Assembly: GCF_009914755.1 (NCBI RefSeq)
Contig: NC_060927.1
Length of the DNA stretch: 64,000 nt
Direction: 5' to 3' (one strand)
Source of the DNA: the human T2T-CHM13v2.0 reference genome, Homo sapiens
Under the pieces are notes generated by a model. The model was not told the origin of the DNA and did not search any database. It saw only the letters and a list, made by a program, of their open reading frames with translations. The position numbers and the translations under genes are program-made. Shown here piece after piece: positions 17,154 through 29,905 of this stretch. How positions within the stretch are numbered: the stretch's first letter is position 1; the number at the start of each line of letters is the position of its first letter.

Positions 17154-18286
17154 GATGAAAACTTGTTAAACCTTTTATTCCCTGTCTAGCTTTTAAACTC
17201 TTCTTAAGTCCTGGAAAACTTAAAAAAGGATTTTCTTTCATAGTCCAGAGTTATATTGGCACTCACCCATGCATAATTGTTTTGTCAAACCTTTTAGGGG
17301 AGAGGTGTTTTTAAAGAATTATGAAAATACTGACAAGGGACCAGCCCAATTATACCGGAGAGGTTTAGAGACATCCACAGAGGATGAGTCAAGAGTGTTG
17401 GATTGGGGGTTGGAAGACAAGATAGGTGGAGAGTCGAGCACTAAATGCAAATAGATGTGATGTAAATTATGATTTGTGCCTGAAAAATAGCTGAGAAATT
17501 CATTGTTGCTGTTGCATAGATTGTATAGGGACTGGGGTAGTTACAGATGGTGAGGGTGAATAGTTAGGCGGGGACCAAATTGTGAACTTGGTGGTGAATT
17601 TGGACTTGGACATATAAGGAGTACTCATGGAAGTTGTTAAGCAGGGAAGTGATATGGTCACATTTGTATTTAGGTGCATATTCCTGAAAACCATGTGGAG
17701 AGTGATTTCTAAGGAAACTGATGGTAAAGTTGTGTGGAGCTGGTTTATTAGACCAAGTGACCATTGTGTCATTGAACGTATAGAGAAGGGGGGCCAGATT
17801 CCAGAGATACTTGAGGTGGGATTGATAGGAATTTTGGGGAGGGAAATGTGGGAGAGGAAAAAATTAGGATAGATCTCAGATTTTTGGCTAGGATTTTTGT
17901 GGGAGGTGTGTTATGGTGGTGTTATAATTGAATATAGGAAGAGAAATTGGTTGAGGGCAAAGGTGTGGAGAAGGGAGGTAGAATAATATTTATGACTACA
18001 GTTGAGTGTTTGTTGTATGTCTAGTAATGTTCTATGTGCTTTTGATACATTGTTATTTTTATTATATTCCTGTGAGTCAGGTATTAGTATGTTTATTTTA
18101 CAGAAAAAGAAACTGAGGCTCAGAGAAGGTCAGTGACTTTCTTTGGTTCATTAAAAAAATGGGTAATAATACTTTTTATAAATTCTAGGTAAAAAGAGCC
18201 TCTAATACTTACTTTTGCCCAATGACCATGTTTATGTATTTTTATTCAAATTTTATTTTTTCAGCTGATTTAGAAGAATACAAATC

Positions 18287-18416
18287 ATGGCTGAAAATAG
18301 TGTATTAACATCCACTACTGGGAGGACTAGCTTGGCAGACTCTTCCATTTTTGATTCTAAAGTTACTGAGATTTCCAAGGAAAACTTACTTATTGGATCT
18401 ACTTCATATGTAGAAG
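18287..18416 (+). CDS. ECT2: ECT2 coding exon 1 (exon starts 18265; aa 1-44)
   Basis: Acceptor TTTCAG|CTG, ATG at 18287, MAENSVLTSTTGRTSLADSSIFDSKVTEISKENLLIGSTSYVE, donor AAG|GTAAAC. Confidence 0.97.
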
Positions 18417-19050
18417 GTAAACCTGTTACCTGCTTTAAAACAATCAATTTCTATTTTAATTCTAAACTTATTAGTGACTTTCTTAAGATTTAATTTTAAT
18501 ACCAACTGTAATGCTAGAGCACAGGTATTAAGTAAATATTTGTTTACAGAATCCTTTTACACTATGTCATTTTTCTGATTATTATTTGGGTTATTTGTAT
18601 GCTTTGCAGCTTTGAAAAGGGAGGCATCTTAATTTGGATATTCCTTTTTCTGTATGTGAGGGCGGTCTAGCTACAGCATTATTAGCTAGAAGTTATACAG
18701 TCATGACTGGTTAGGTGAAAGCTACTTTTTCCTTTACCACTTTATAAATGGGTTTTTCCTAAAATTATATGCACTGTTGAGGAGGATGACTATGTAAGAT
18801 AGCGCATTCTCTGGCTAGGAGGAATGCTGATGTTTGTATACCCTGCTACAATATGGTTTCTCTTTCTCTAAAGTGATATATAGCCAGATATTTTTGTAAT
18901 AAGTTGGGAGTTGAGTCCTATTAAATTTAGAGAAAGTTATGATTCCCTCAAAGATGTAATACATACTAGATATAGCCAAAAGAGCGATAAGGACCTACTG
19001 ATTGTGATGTTAATACATGATAAACATTGAAACATTTTACATTTTAACAG

Positions 19051-19130
19051 AAGAGATGCCTCAGATTGAAACAAGAGTGATATTGGTTCAAGAAGCTGGA
19101 AAACAAGAAGAACTTATAAAAGCCTTAAAG
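19051..19130 (+). CDS. ECT2: ECT2 coding exon 2 (aa 44-70, start of BRCT0)
   Basis: AACAG|AAG; EEMPQIETRVILVQEAGKQEELIKALK; AAG|GTACGG; frame continues from the previous exon. Confidence 0.96.
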
Positions 19131-19238
19131 GTACGGAGTTTTAGGTTTTAGTTTTTTTTGTAATGCAATTTTTCTTCCATCAGTGTGTAAATAGTTTCAT
19201 AGCTTTCTTAACCTCATACTTAAGTCTCTTTTCCACAG

Positions 19239-19331
19239 ACTATTAAAATAATGGAAGTCCCTGTTATAAAGATAAAAGAAAGTTGTCCTGGAAAATCGGA
19301 TGAAAAATTAATAAAAAGTGTTATTAATATG
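19239..19331 (+). CDS. ECT2: ECT2 93-nt cassette exon (aa 71-101 of the long isoform)
   Basis: TTCCACAG|ACT ... ATG|GTAGGT; TIKIMEVPVIKIKESCPGKSDEKLIKSVINM; phase 0-0, so it can be skipped in frame. Confidence 0.92.
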
Positions 19332-19610
19332 GTAGGTCAAAGTAACTCATTGCATGTGGCATGCTGCACTTCCCTTGATTGTATTATTCTACTTTCTGGT
19401 GATTGGAATTAGGCACAAGGTGTATTGTGTGCAATCTGAAGCTTAATGAATAGAAACTGTTTTATACTTTTTAACTCCTTAGCTTCTTTTTTCTCATTCA
19501 TTTTATATTTAGTCTAAATTCTTGCTGTATTTCCAAAATTATAAATCACGGTAATTTATAATCAGGGAATTTGCCTCAGCATACGAAATAATCTAATTCT
19601 GGAATCCAGC

Positions 19611-19998
19611 TGTTTTAGTTTGCTAGGGCTGCCATAACAAAATACCACATAGTTAATTGCTTAAACAGTAGAAATTTCTTTTCTCACAGTTCTGGAGGCT
19701 AGAAGTCCAAGATTAAGGTGTGTGTAGGTTTAGTTTCTCTTGAGGCCTCTCGCCTTGGCTTGCAGTGTCCTTTTGCTGTCCTCACATGGCCTTTCTTCTG
19801 TGTGTCCTTGCATCCCTGGTGTTTCCTCTTATTGGGACACCAGGTTGGATTAGGGCCCACCCCTATTATCTCATTTAACCTTAATTACCTCTTTAAAGTC
19901 CTTATCGCCAAATATAGTCACACTCTAAGGACTTCATTCTTCATTCTAGGTTAGGGCTTCAACATGAATTTTGGGGGTACATAATTTAGCACATCACA
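19611..19998 (-). mobile_element. MLT1 (MLT1B-like) MaLR solo LTR
   Basis: TGTTTTAGTTTGCTAGGGCTGCCATAACAAAATACCAC...TCTCACAGTTCTGGAGGCTAGAAGTCCAAGAT...CA; 5-bp TSD CCAGC/CTAGC. Confidence 0.85.
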
Positions 19999-20738
19999 CT
20001 AGCCTTGCAAATAAAATTCAAATAATTTACTGACCCATTTTGAGTTAAAAAAAAAATTTTTTTTTAATTTAACACGAGTTACAAGAGTTATATAGGTACT
20101 TTAGTATCTTCATTATTTTTCGTGGATGTATAAAGTGTTTACTGTAAGTAACTTGCCTTTTTATATCCTACATTTGCCATGCTGCAACTGCTACATATTG
20201 CACATCTTTCTCATATATCTTACATATCTGCTAAAATGATTATGCTGATTTTCCTTTCTGTAAGTATTAAGTGCTATAGTATTATTTTCCTATTTTTCTG
20301 AAGATAGTTAATTTGTACAATAAGAACTTTATGTATGGTATCATTTTCTTGGTCAGTAGTGGATATCTTTCTAATGCATCTTGATATCAAAATGCATGTA
20401 CTTAAAAACTTTAGCATTCTAATTTTATGGAACTTATGCATACTTGATGATTTATGACTAATAAGTAATAAGTCAGAATTATGCCTTTATAATACTGATC
20501 TTTAAAATTTAAGAACTTAATTTGAATGGAGATATGTATATGTAAAAATGTAAGTACGTAAAGAAATATGGTTGTTCATTAAGTGTAATGCTGATTATTG
20601 TGTGATAGAAACTTATTTTCTACAAATATAAACATGTTAAAGTTGATATTGAATTGATTGTTAAGCCTTATTTAGAGAGACAGATGGATTATTTGATATA
20701 TAAATAATTTTTATTTCTGCTAACTATATGATGAAAAG

Positions 20739-20921
20739 GACATTAAAGTGGGCTTTGTAAAGATGGAGTCAGTGGAAGAATTTGAAGGTTTGGATTCTCC
20801 GGAATTTGAAAATGTATTTGTAGTCACGGACTTTCAGGATTCTGTCTTTAATGACCTCTACAAGGCTGATTGTAGAGTTATTGGACCACCAGTTGTATTA
20901 AATTGTTCACAAAAAGGAGAG
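20739..20921 (+). CDS. ECT2: ECT2 coding exon 4 (aa 102-162, BRCT0)
   Basis: GAAAAG|GAC; DIKVGFVKMESVEEFEG...NCSQKGE; GAG|GTAAGC; 183 nt. Confidence 0.95.
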
Positions 20922-21124
20922 GTAAGCATATACATTTATTATGACTTTTCAAGTTAAAATTTTTATTAATGAATTTTAATTAGCAAAAAATTTATTTGGA
21001 AAAATCTCATTGATTGCTGAGAGCAAAATATTTAGAATAGGAATAATAGTGGCTATTCTAATGTGGTCCTTTAATTCCTCCATTTTAAACTTAGTGGTGA
21101 AAAGCTAAGGCCTTTGAAAGTTAA

Positions 21125-21470
<346 letters not shown>

Positions 21471-21671
21471 TATACACTATCAATACCACAATGTCTTAGA
21501 GAAGATTACTTGCTTAAACTTGGGTTCCAGAAATTCATACATATACATAAACTTTTATTTTTCTCAACACAGAACAGATACCACGGTTCCATTTTTATCA
21601 GTTACTGTATAACTTAAAATTCAAAAATTATTTTAGCTTTTTGTATTTATTTATTTATTTAATAAATAAAT

Positions 21672-21915
21672 ACACGATCTCTGCTCACTGCAACCTCTGC
21701 TTTCCCGGGTTCAAGCGATTCTACTGCCTCAGCCTCTCAAGTAGCTGGGACTGCAGGTGCATGCCACCACGCCTGGCTAAGTTTTTTCTATTTTTAGTAG
21801 AGACAGGATTTCACCATGTTGGCCAGGCTGGTCTCGAACTCTTGACCTCACGTTATCTTCCTGCCTCTGCCTCCCAAAGTGTTGAGATTACAGGCATGAG
21901 CCACCGTGCCCCGCT
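21672..21915 (-). mobile_element. AluS, partial
   Basis: Antisense, lacks the 3' end. Confidence 0.85.
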
Positions 21916-22224
21916 TCTTTTTGTTTTTAAACAGCATTTCAATATGAGTCGTATGAGAGTTAGTCCCTATTTGGTTTTGTTGCTGTCTTGGCATTCTTAA
22001 GCTTGCCTTGTTTACTTAAAATTGCTTAGGTCTTTGTACTTCTATTGTTACACATGTTAGTAATAATAAGCACATGTTAACCTTTAATTCTCTTACATTT
22101 TGATTTGGAGTGGTTGGTTTCAAAACCCAAATAAACTTTAAAAGGCCAAATTTTGAAAAATAATCTTATATAATGATGAAAATCAAATTTATTCTTTTAT
22201 TATTTTTAAACCGTTCTCTTTTAT

Positions 22225-22261
22225 ACACACACACACACACACACAGACACACACACACACA
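22225..22261. repeat. (CA)n microsatellite with one interruption
   Basis: Direct reading. Confidence 0.95.
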
Positions 22262-22739
22262 ACCGTTGGGTAAATTATTTACTGAATATCACCATTTATT
22301 AGCTTAAAGATTAGAATTATATTTGGTTTAAGTGTGTGTATTATATTTACTCAGTGTTTATTATAAAATGCCTCTGACCTGTTTTAATAACATTAATTAG
22401 AATCATCTATAGTAGTGTATGGAGTCTGAAAACTTTGCTTATAGTCAGTACTTCATGTCTGTCAGAGTGCATTTAATATTTGTTTAATTTGCTGAGAGTA
22501 AAGTGTGTTTAGATTATGTATATTGCATATGATTAAGGAATCGGGAAATATTTTTATTGGGAAACTTGCAATCTGTCGTTTTGCTGTTTTTTTGTTGCAT
22601 ATTGAAAAAATGCCAGTAAATCTTTGGATTGGGAAAGTTGAATGGCAAGAGGGGAAATGAAATATATTTAGCTTGAGAAAGTTGTGTTGTATTTTCTACT
22701 AAAGAGAAAGCTCACATTTAAAATTGTTGTATCCTTCAG

Positions 22740-22829
22740 CCTTTGCCATTTTCATGTCGCCCGTTGTATTGTACAAGTATGATGAATCTAGTACTATGCT
22801 TTACTGGATTTAGGAAAAAAGAAGAACTA
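22740..22829 (+). CDS. ECT2: ECT2 coding exon 5 (aa 163-192, BRCT1 start)
   Basis: CTTCAG|CCT; PLPFSCRPLYCTSMMNLVLCFTGFRKKEEL; CTA|GTAAGT. Confidence 0.96.
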
Positions 22830-23058
22830 GTAAGTATTACGAAACAAATTCAAAGCGTATTTTTTACAGCAAAATAAATTAAAATTGGCTTTTTTTTCTT
22901 TTTAGTATTATGGTTTTATTTTTAAAATATTGAAGGATAACTTATTATGGCTATACCAGATTTTAAATTTTCTGAAGAAACAAATCCTGAAGAGCCTTAT
23001 AAAGAGACCAGTGTTTTGTCTAGGCTGGCTGATGTGAATTAATAGAAAGATTTCATAG

Positions 23059-23503
<445 letters not shown>

Positions 23504-23915
23504 AGAAAGTTCTTTCTTTGGTTCACAATACTTTGTTGTTGGAACTGATGGGTATTACTCTGATTTTGTGGGAACAGTCTTGATGTGATAAAACTTGGTA
23601 TTTTTTTAAAAAAACCAATATATTTACACAGTATGGTATTAAAAAGCAATATATTTAGGCCATAGGAAAGGCGGTTGTTTAACTTACATTTGTGTGAAAT
23701 CTTTACTAATCCCACCTCTATAATTTTGCCTGTGTTAATAGGCAAACTAATCTTTTTTATACTTACTTTGACATAAAATTTAATAGCTTTATAAAAATCC
23801 CGTATGTATTTTATAAATAGAAAGTATTTAGCAAATGCTAAATGTGGGGTAAACATAGTTTAAAATTTTGTTCAAATTAACCATAAAGTCAGTGTTGCTT
23901 AATTTTTCTTTTGAG

Positions 23916-24023
23916 GTCAGGTTGGTGACATTGGTCCATCACATGGGTGGAGTTATTCGAAAAGACTTTAATTCAAAAGTTACACATTTGGTGGCAAATT
24001 GTACACAAGGAGAAAAATTCAGG
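23916..24023 (+). CDS. ECT2: ECT2 coding exon 6 (aa 193-228, BRCT1)
   Basis: TTTTGAG|GTC; VRLVTLVHHMGGVIRKDFNSKVTHLVANCTQGEKFR (BRCT GG...VTHLV motif); AGG|GTATGT. Confidence 0.95.
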
Positions 24024-24189
24024 GTATGTAAACTTGGGTATTTTTGTGTATTTCAATACAGCATTATTTTGGCATGGGTTTAATAATAGCAGTCTTTTAT
24101 CTATTTCTTTCACAATTAAAGAAGAGAAACTCAATTTTTGCTATGAATATATTTAGTAAAAAATTTTAAATCATAAGAGTGGTTAAATT

Positions 24190-24796
<607 letters not shown>

Positions 24797-25369
24797 TAAG
24801 AACAGAGCTCTGCTCTTATAAAGTGGTTCTAAGATTTAACTTATGAATATTATAATAGGAGAAAATACTCTCACTAGGATTGAATCTTAGTTTAAGATTA
24901 TAGTTGAATGTCTTAGCAAGAGTTTATCATTTTTTCTTAGTCTCCCTTAGTGTATTTGTGTAGCAAATGGTAATTTTAGTGTACTCTTCAATTTACCCTA
25001 AATATTTCAACTCATATCTAAGGTTTTAGTGACTTAGTCGGATGTCTTCTTCTGTAGTGCCATCTTGAGGGTCATACTTTCAAGGAAGTAAACGTGAAGA
25101 AAGGAGAAATAGAAATTTAATAAAGATGAACTTCAGAGATATATTTATTTAAAATAAGGAAACAGTTCGGACACCATGGAACTTGTTTTGAAGTTATTTT
25201 ACCCTAACTTGTATGATTGGAAGATAGTTTGTCTGTTAATTTTTAAATTATTTTGTTACAAAGCAGATAGTGATCTAAAACTGCAAAAAATTAAGTATGT
25301 TAACTGTTTAGAACTTCCTTGAATGCAGTTATTTAAGGAGAAAATTCACTGTAATGTTTATATTTTTAG

Positions 25370-25443
25370 GTTGCTGTGAGTCTAGGTACTCCAATTATGA
25401 AGCCAGAATGGATTTATAAAGCTTGGGAAAGGCGGAATGAACA
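25370..25443 (+). CDS. ECT2: ECT2 coding exon 7 (aa 229-253, BRCT1 end)
   Basis: TTTTAG|GTT; VAVSLGTPIMKPEWIYKAWERRNE; ACA|GTAAGT. Confidence 0.96.
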
Positions 25444-26175
25444 GTAAGTGTTTAGAAACTCAGTAGTTCATTATGTAAATTAAACATTCTGGTTTAAAGA
25501 TAAATCCATGTGCTGAAAAAAGTAATTTCATAGATATAAAAACTGAATTCAGTCTGAGTAGCTTGAGGAATAAAATCTAGGGAGAACAAGTTATAAAAAA
25601 TTATAAAAAATTAAAAATTGAAAGATATCTTTGATATCTTTGGATTTTACCTTGTGAAGTAATTTTGGCTATTATAAACATTCTGAAATTATTAGATAAT
25701 AGCTAAATAATTCTGTGTATTTGGATTTTGTTACATATTTTTAAAATTTTGTGTTATCTGGTTACATTTTAATTGGTGCTTGAAATTTATTGCCTTGTTT
25801 TGCTTAGTTTTCCAAGCGCATGATTTCTTGCTGTGGCACTTCATGAATTAAGATTTCATGAAAGTTATCATTATTTTAGATTTCATGAAAGCCTTGGAAC
25901 ACAGTACATATAAATCTTCAAATAATAGAGAAAAAATTTGAATCTCTTGTAAAGCTTATCTGTGATCACATTTTGTCAGAAGTTACTTTTGGGATGACAG
26001 GACACATCATTTTTTTAAACTGAAGTTTTTGTGAGCATTTCAGGACCAAATATTAAATAGTTTCAATAGATAGATTATGCCAAGACCTTGAAAATTACTG
26101 TAGGTTTGTAAATTGATATACCTAACACTTGAATTTAAGTTAAACTGGTTTTGGAAGAGTGTATTTTGTTTTTAG

Positions 26176-26306
26176 GGATTTCTATGCAGCAGTTGATGAC
26201 TTTAGAAATGAATTTAAAGTTCCTCCATTTCAAGATTGTATTTTAAGTTTCCTGGGATTTTCAGATGAAGAGAAAACCAATATGGAAGAAATGACTGAAA
26301 TGCAAG
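26176..26306 (+). CDS. ECT2: ECT2 coding exon 8 (aa 253-297, BRCT2)
   Basis: TTTTAG|GGA; DFYAAVDDFRNEFKVPPFQDCILSFLGFSDEEKTNMEEMTEMQ; AAG|GTAAAA. Confidence 0.96.
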
Positions 26307-26450
26307 GTAAAATTTAGCATAATGTAAAAGTTATATCTATTTTAGTCCCTAGGCCTGCTTAATCACTTCCTGGTCAATATACCTCTTAAAAAATTTGAGT
26401 TTGGAAATAAGTAGCTTGGCTTATTTATGCTTATGTGCATTCCTTTTTAG

Positions 26451-26566
26451 GAGGTAAATATTTACCGCTTGGAGATGAAAGATGCACTCACCTTGTAGTT
26501 GAAGAGAATATAGTAAAAGATCTTCCCTTTGAACCTTCAAAGAAACTTTATGTTGTCAAGCAAGAG
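26451..26566 (+). CDS. ECT2: ECT2 coding exon 9 (aa 297-335, BRCT2), GC donor
   Basis: TTTTAG|GAG; GGKYLPLGDERCTHLVVEENIVKDLPFEPSKKLYVVKQE; donor GAG|GCAAGT is needed to stay in frame with WFW. Confidence 0.94.
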
Positions 26567-26669
26567 GCAAGTAATTCTAGAATGAGGTTGGTTTTTAAAA
26601 ACACTATTAATAGCTTCTCTGATAAAATAAATGTAAACTGTTTATTAAAATGTTTTTTCTCTCACCTAG

Positions 26670-26732
26670 TGGTTCTGGGGAAGCATTCAAATGGATGCCC
26701 GAGCTGGAGAAACTATGTATTTATATGAAAAG
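26670..26732 (+). CDS. ECT2: ECT2 coding exon 10 (aa 336-356)
   Basis: CACCTAG|TGG; WFWGSIQMDARAGETMYLYEK; AAG|GTATGC. Confidence 0.96.
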
Positions 26733-28037
26733 GTATGCTTTTAACCCCTTACTTATTTGTTCTGTGAGCTTGATTGTTTGAAAATAACACTTTTCTGTCC
26801 AGAAGGTTTAGAAGCATGTTTAGGAATTTCAGAATGATTAAAACAATTGGGATATCAAGTTATCTTAGTCTATGTAGATTTAAGTGGAACTATTCAATGT
26901 AATGTGTATTATTTTAACCTAATATATGTTGTTCTGTGCGAATTCTTGGTGATAACATTACGAACAAGAACATCTCTATCTTCAGAAACTTAGACTTTTA
27001 ATGGAAAGATAGATTTGTACGTAGTTAACGATGGGGAATGATGTGTGCCACAACTGAGTAATGTATTTTAGGTAGCCTCGCTCTGAGAGACTCAGGAGGG
27101 AATAAAAAGGTGAAATAAATGTTGACCCAACTTACTAGGCCAACTAGGTAAGGACATTCGTTAGAACCCCAATTGGGAGAGGGTATGAAAGCTTTGAGAG
27201 TACATTAAAATAACAAGTAGTTTAGTATGGCTTTACAGTGTGGGAAGGAAGGCCAACAGATAAAACTTAATGGATAGATAGAATCAAGAAGTTTTTAATA
27301 CATTAATGAGCTTGGATATTATCCTATAACTATTGGGAGCCATTGAAGAAGAGTAAGGGGAGAGACGTCATTAAAAAGATGAGTTTGATAGTAGAATATC
27401 GTTAAGGAAAATCTAGTGTTTATGGTGAATCTTGGTGAAGAGTAGTATCACTCACCAAAATGACAAAGTTATGGAAGTAGTCTTTAAGGGAAGATTTACT
27501 TCAGTTTAGGATTTAATAACTTTGTGTGGAATATTGAAGATGAGTTGTTTCTGTAAAATCTATATAGTACCATATTGTGTTCTCTTCAGAGTCTTTGAAA
27601 TGTGAAGTTCTTAAAGTTTAAAAAGTGTGCTTTAGATTTAGGGAGAGAACTCTTAAAAATCAAGTGTTACTCAGCACATATTGGAAAGCATTGTGTCCAG
27701 GCACTGTGCTAGGGATACAGCGAACAGACTGTGAATGGCCCCTGCCTTCTTGGAGTTGATGAGCTAATGAAGGAGCAGGTAGTAAACAAGTTTACAGATG
27801 AAAATATAATAGTGATAGTGGCTATGAAGAAAAATGAGGTGCTTGAGGTTAGACAATTACAGTCGTCTCTTGACTATTATGTTTTATGAAACTTTTGAAT
27901 TGCCTGGTAGAGTGTAGGGTTATAAAATTATTGTGCAAAATCCAGATTCTGTCAGACTTGTAAATATATTTTTCTCTTGTTCCTGTCTCAGTAAAGAACC
28001 ATGGAAGTAAATTGAGCTTGTGTGCTTTTGATTACAG

Positions 28038-28260
28038 GCAAATACTCCTGAGCTCAAGAAATCAGTGTCAATGCTTTCTCTAAATACCCCTAACAGCAAT
28101 CGCAAACGACGTCGTTTAAAAGAAACACTTGCTCAGCTTTCAAGAGAGACAGACGTGTCACCATTTCCACCCCGTAAGCGCCCATCAGCTGAGCATTCCC
28201 TTTCCATAGGGTCACTCCTAGATATCTCCAACACACCAGAGTCTAGCATTAACTATGGAG
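28038..28260 (+). CDS. ECT2: ECT2 coding exon 11 (aa 357-431; hinge with two NLS and TP sites)
   Basis: TTACAG|GCA; ANTPELKK...NTPNSNRKRRRLK...PPRKRP...INYG; GAG|GTAATT. Confidence 0.96.
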
Positions 28261-28789
28261 GTAATTCACATTCTTAAAAACTTGTCTTTAAAGTTTAGTG
28301 GAATGGAATAATTGTTAGAATTTAGATAAATCCCTGATATAGTGAATATGGAAGTCTTTGCCTTTAATTACCTTTGTTCTAGCTGTAGAGAAAAGACACA
28401 TGAATAGTTAAGCTTAATAATGTTGCAATTTAATGACTGCTTACTACATGCTAAATGCTTTATACGTTTTGTGTGTTTATAATAGATTTTATTATTCCTG
28501 TTTTACAGATGACTAAACTGAGATACAGAGAAGTTAAGTAATTTCTCCAGGGTCATATAACTAGAGAGTGATAGTGCTGTTCAAAAAGCAAACAAAGTCA
28601 CAGGGGAGGTCACATAAATTATGGAGAAAATAGGTAGAATGAAGTCAGAGGAGGGTGAGTTCACTTTGTGCTGAACTGATACAGAAAGGCTCCTATAATT
28701 CTTCCTTGGTTATCAGTATTTCCCTTTCTTTTTGATTTTTAGTCTGTAAACAAATGTGTTTTCTAGATTTAAGAAACAAAAAAAATCAA

Positions 28790-29905
28790 AATCTCCTCCG
28801 GACCTCATGACACTTTTCACTTATTGTCCCATTTTTCTGTTTGCTTTCACATCAGCATACTTAAAAGAATTACTTTGATCTATTGTCTCATTTCCTTGAT
28901 TCTCGTTGTCCTTTCAACGCATTCCAACTGATCTGCAGTCCTTGTTGGGGAGACAGTTTTTATGCATTCAACACATGAATAGCTACTCCTTTATGGACAC
29001 AATTTTTTTTCTTTGCTTCTGTGATATTACTTACTCATTTCTCATTCTCCTTGGCCTAACTTCTTTTTTTCAATTCTAAATGTTGTATGTTCCTCCTGAG
29101 TCATTGTTTCTTCTCTATTGTACTCTCCCTAAATTATCGTAGTAAAATCTATGGTTTTGAAAAGCATTTGTATGCTGATGACTCCCAAATTTGTCCTCTT
29201 CCCTGTCAAGCTACCTACTTTGTACTTCCTTGTCCATGTCTAATAGATATCTTAAACCTAAGATAACCAAATTAGACCTTTGGATTCTGCCACTCTTAAT
29301 TCCTCTGTTCCTTTGCTCCTCTTCATCAGTCTTTTCTGTAAAAAGGATCTCTCTTAGATGATTGCAGTAGTCTCCTAAATAGTCTCTCCCTTTTAATTTG
29401 TGCCTTTCTATATGCAACACTTAGAAAAATCTTTAAAAATATATAAATTAGATGATGCCACTCCTCTGCTTTAAAATCACTTAATGGCTTTCTATTACTG
29501 TAGCTTTTAAGTCCCTATGTAATCTTGCCCTCATCTGCCTAATCTCATGTGGTATTATGCTCTCTAATAATGCCTGTACTCTCTAAGCTTCAGTCATACC
29601 ATCTTTGTTATTCTTCAAATATTTTTAGTACATCCATACCTCAGGACTTTGTTACTTTCTCTGCCTCAAGGAAATCTGCGTGGATTGTCTGTAAAGTTAA
29701 ATCCCTCCACTCCTTTCTGCCAATCCTGTGACCTGGTAGTTGTTTTTAGTAGTAGTTCTTACGATAGAAATTACAGTACTTGTTTACTTCTTTATTATTT
29801 GATTTGCTTCAAATAAGTAATCTTTAAGAGAAAATGAACCTTGTCTGTCTTATTCTGTGTTTATCCTCAGACCCTAGTATAAAGTGGGTATTCACTAAAT
29901 ACTTA
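28790..29905 (+). mobile_element. L2 fragment
   Basis: TATGCTGATGACTCCCAAAT (RT YADD motif remnant, about 29170) and L2 3'-like sequence. Confidence 0.6.

Noticed and set aside
22729-22737. GTATCCTTC, resembling a U12-type donor
   Set aside because: It is part of the acceptor tract of coding exon 5, with no exon upstream of it; all inferred donors here are U2-type.
25851-25891. AGATTTCATGAAAG twice, period 27 (also CATCTATTGAGCA twice near 40260-40293)
   Set aside because: Two-copy short slippage duplications in AT-rich introns; not array- or CRISPR-like.
26448-26453. TAGGAG tandem acceptor
   Set aside because: A distal GAG rarely competes with a proximal TAG, and its use would remove a Gly of the BRCT GG motif.
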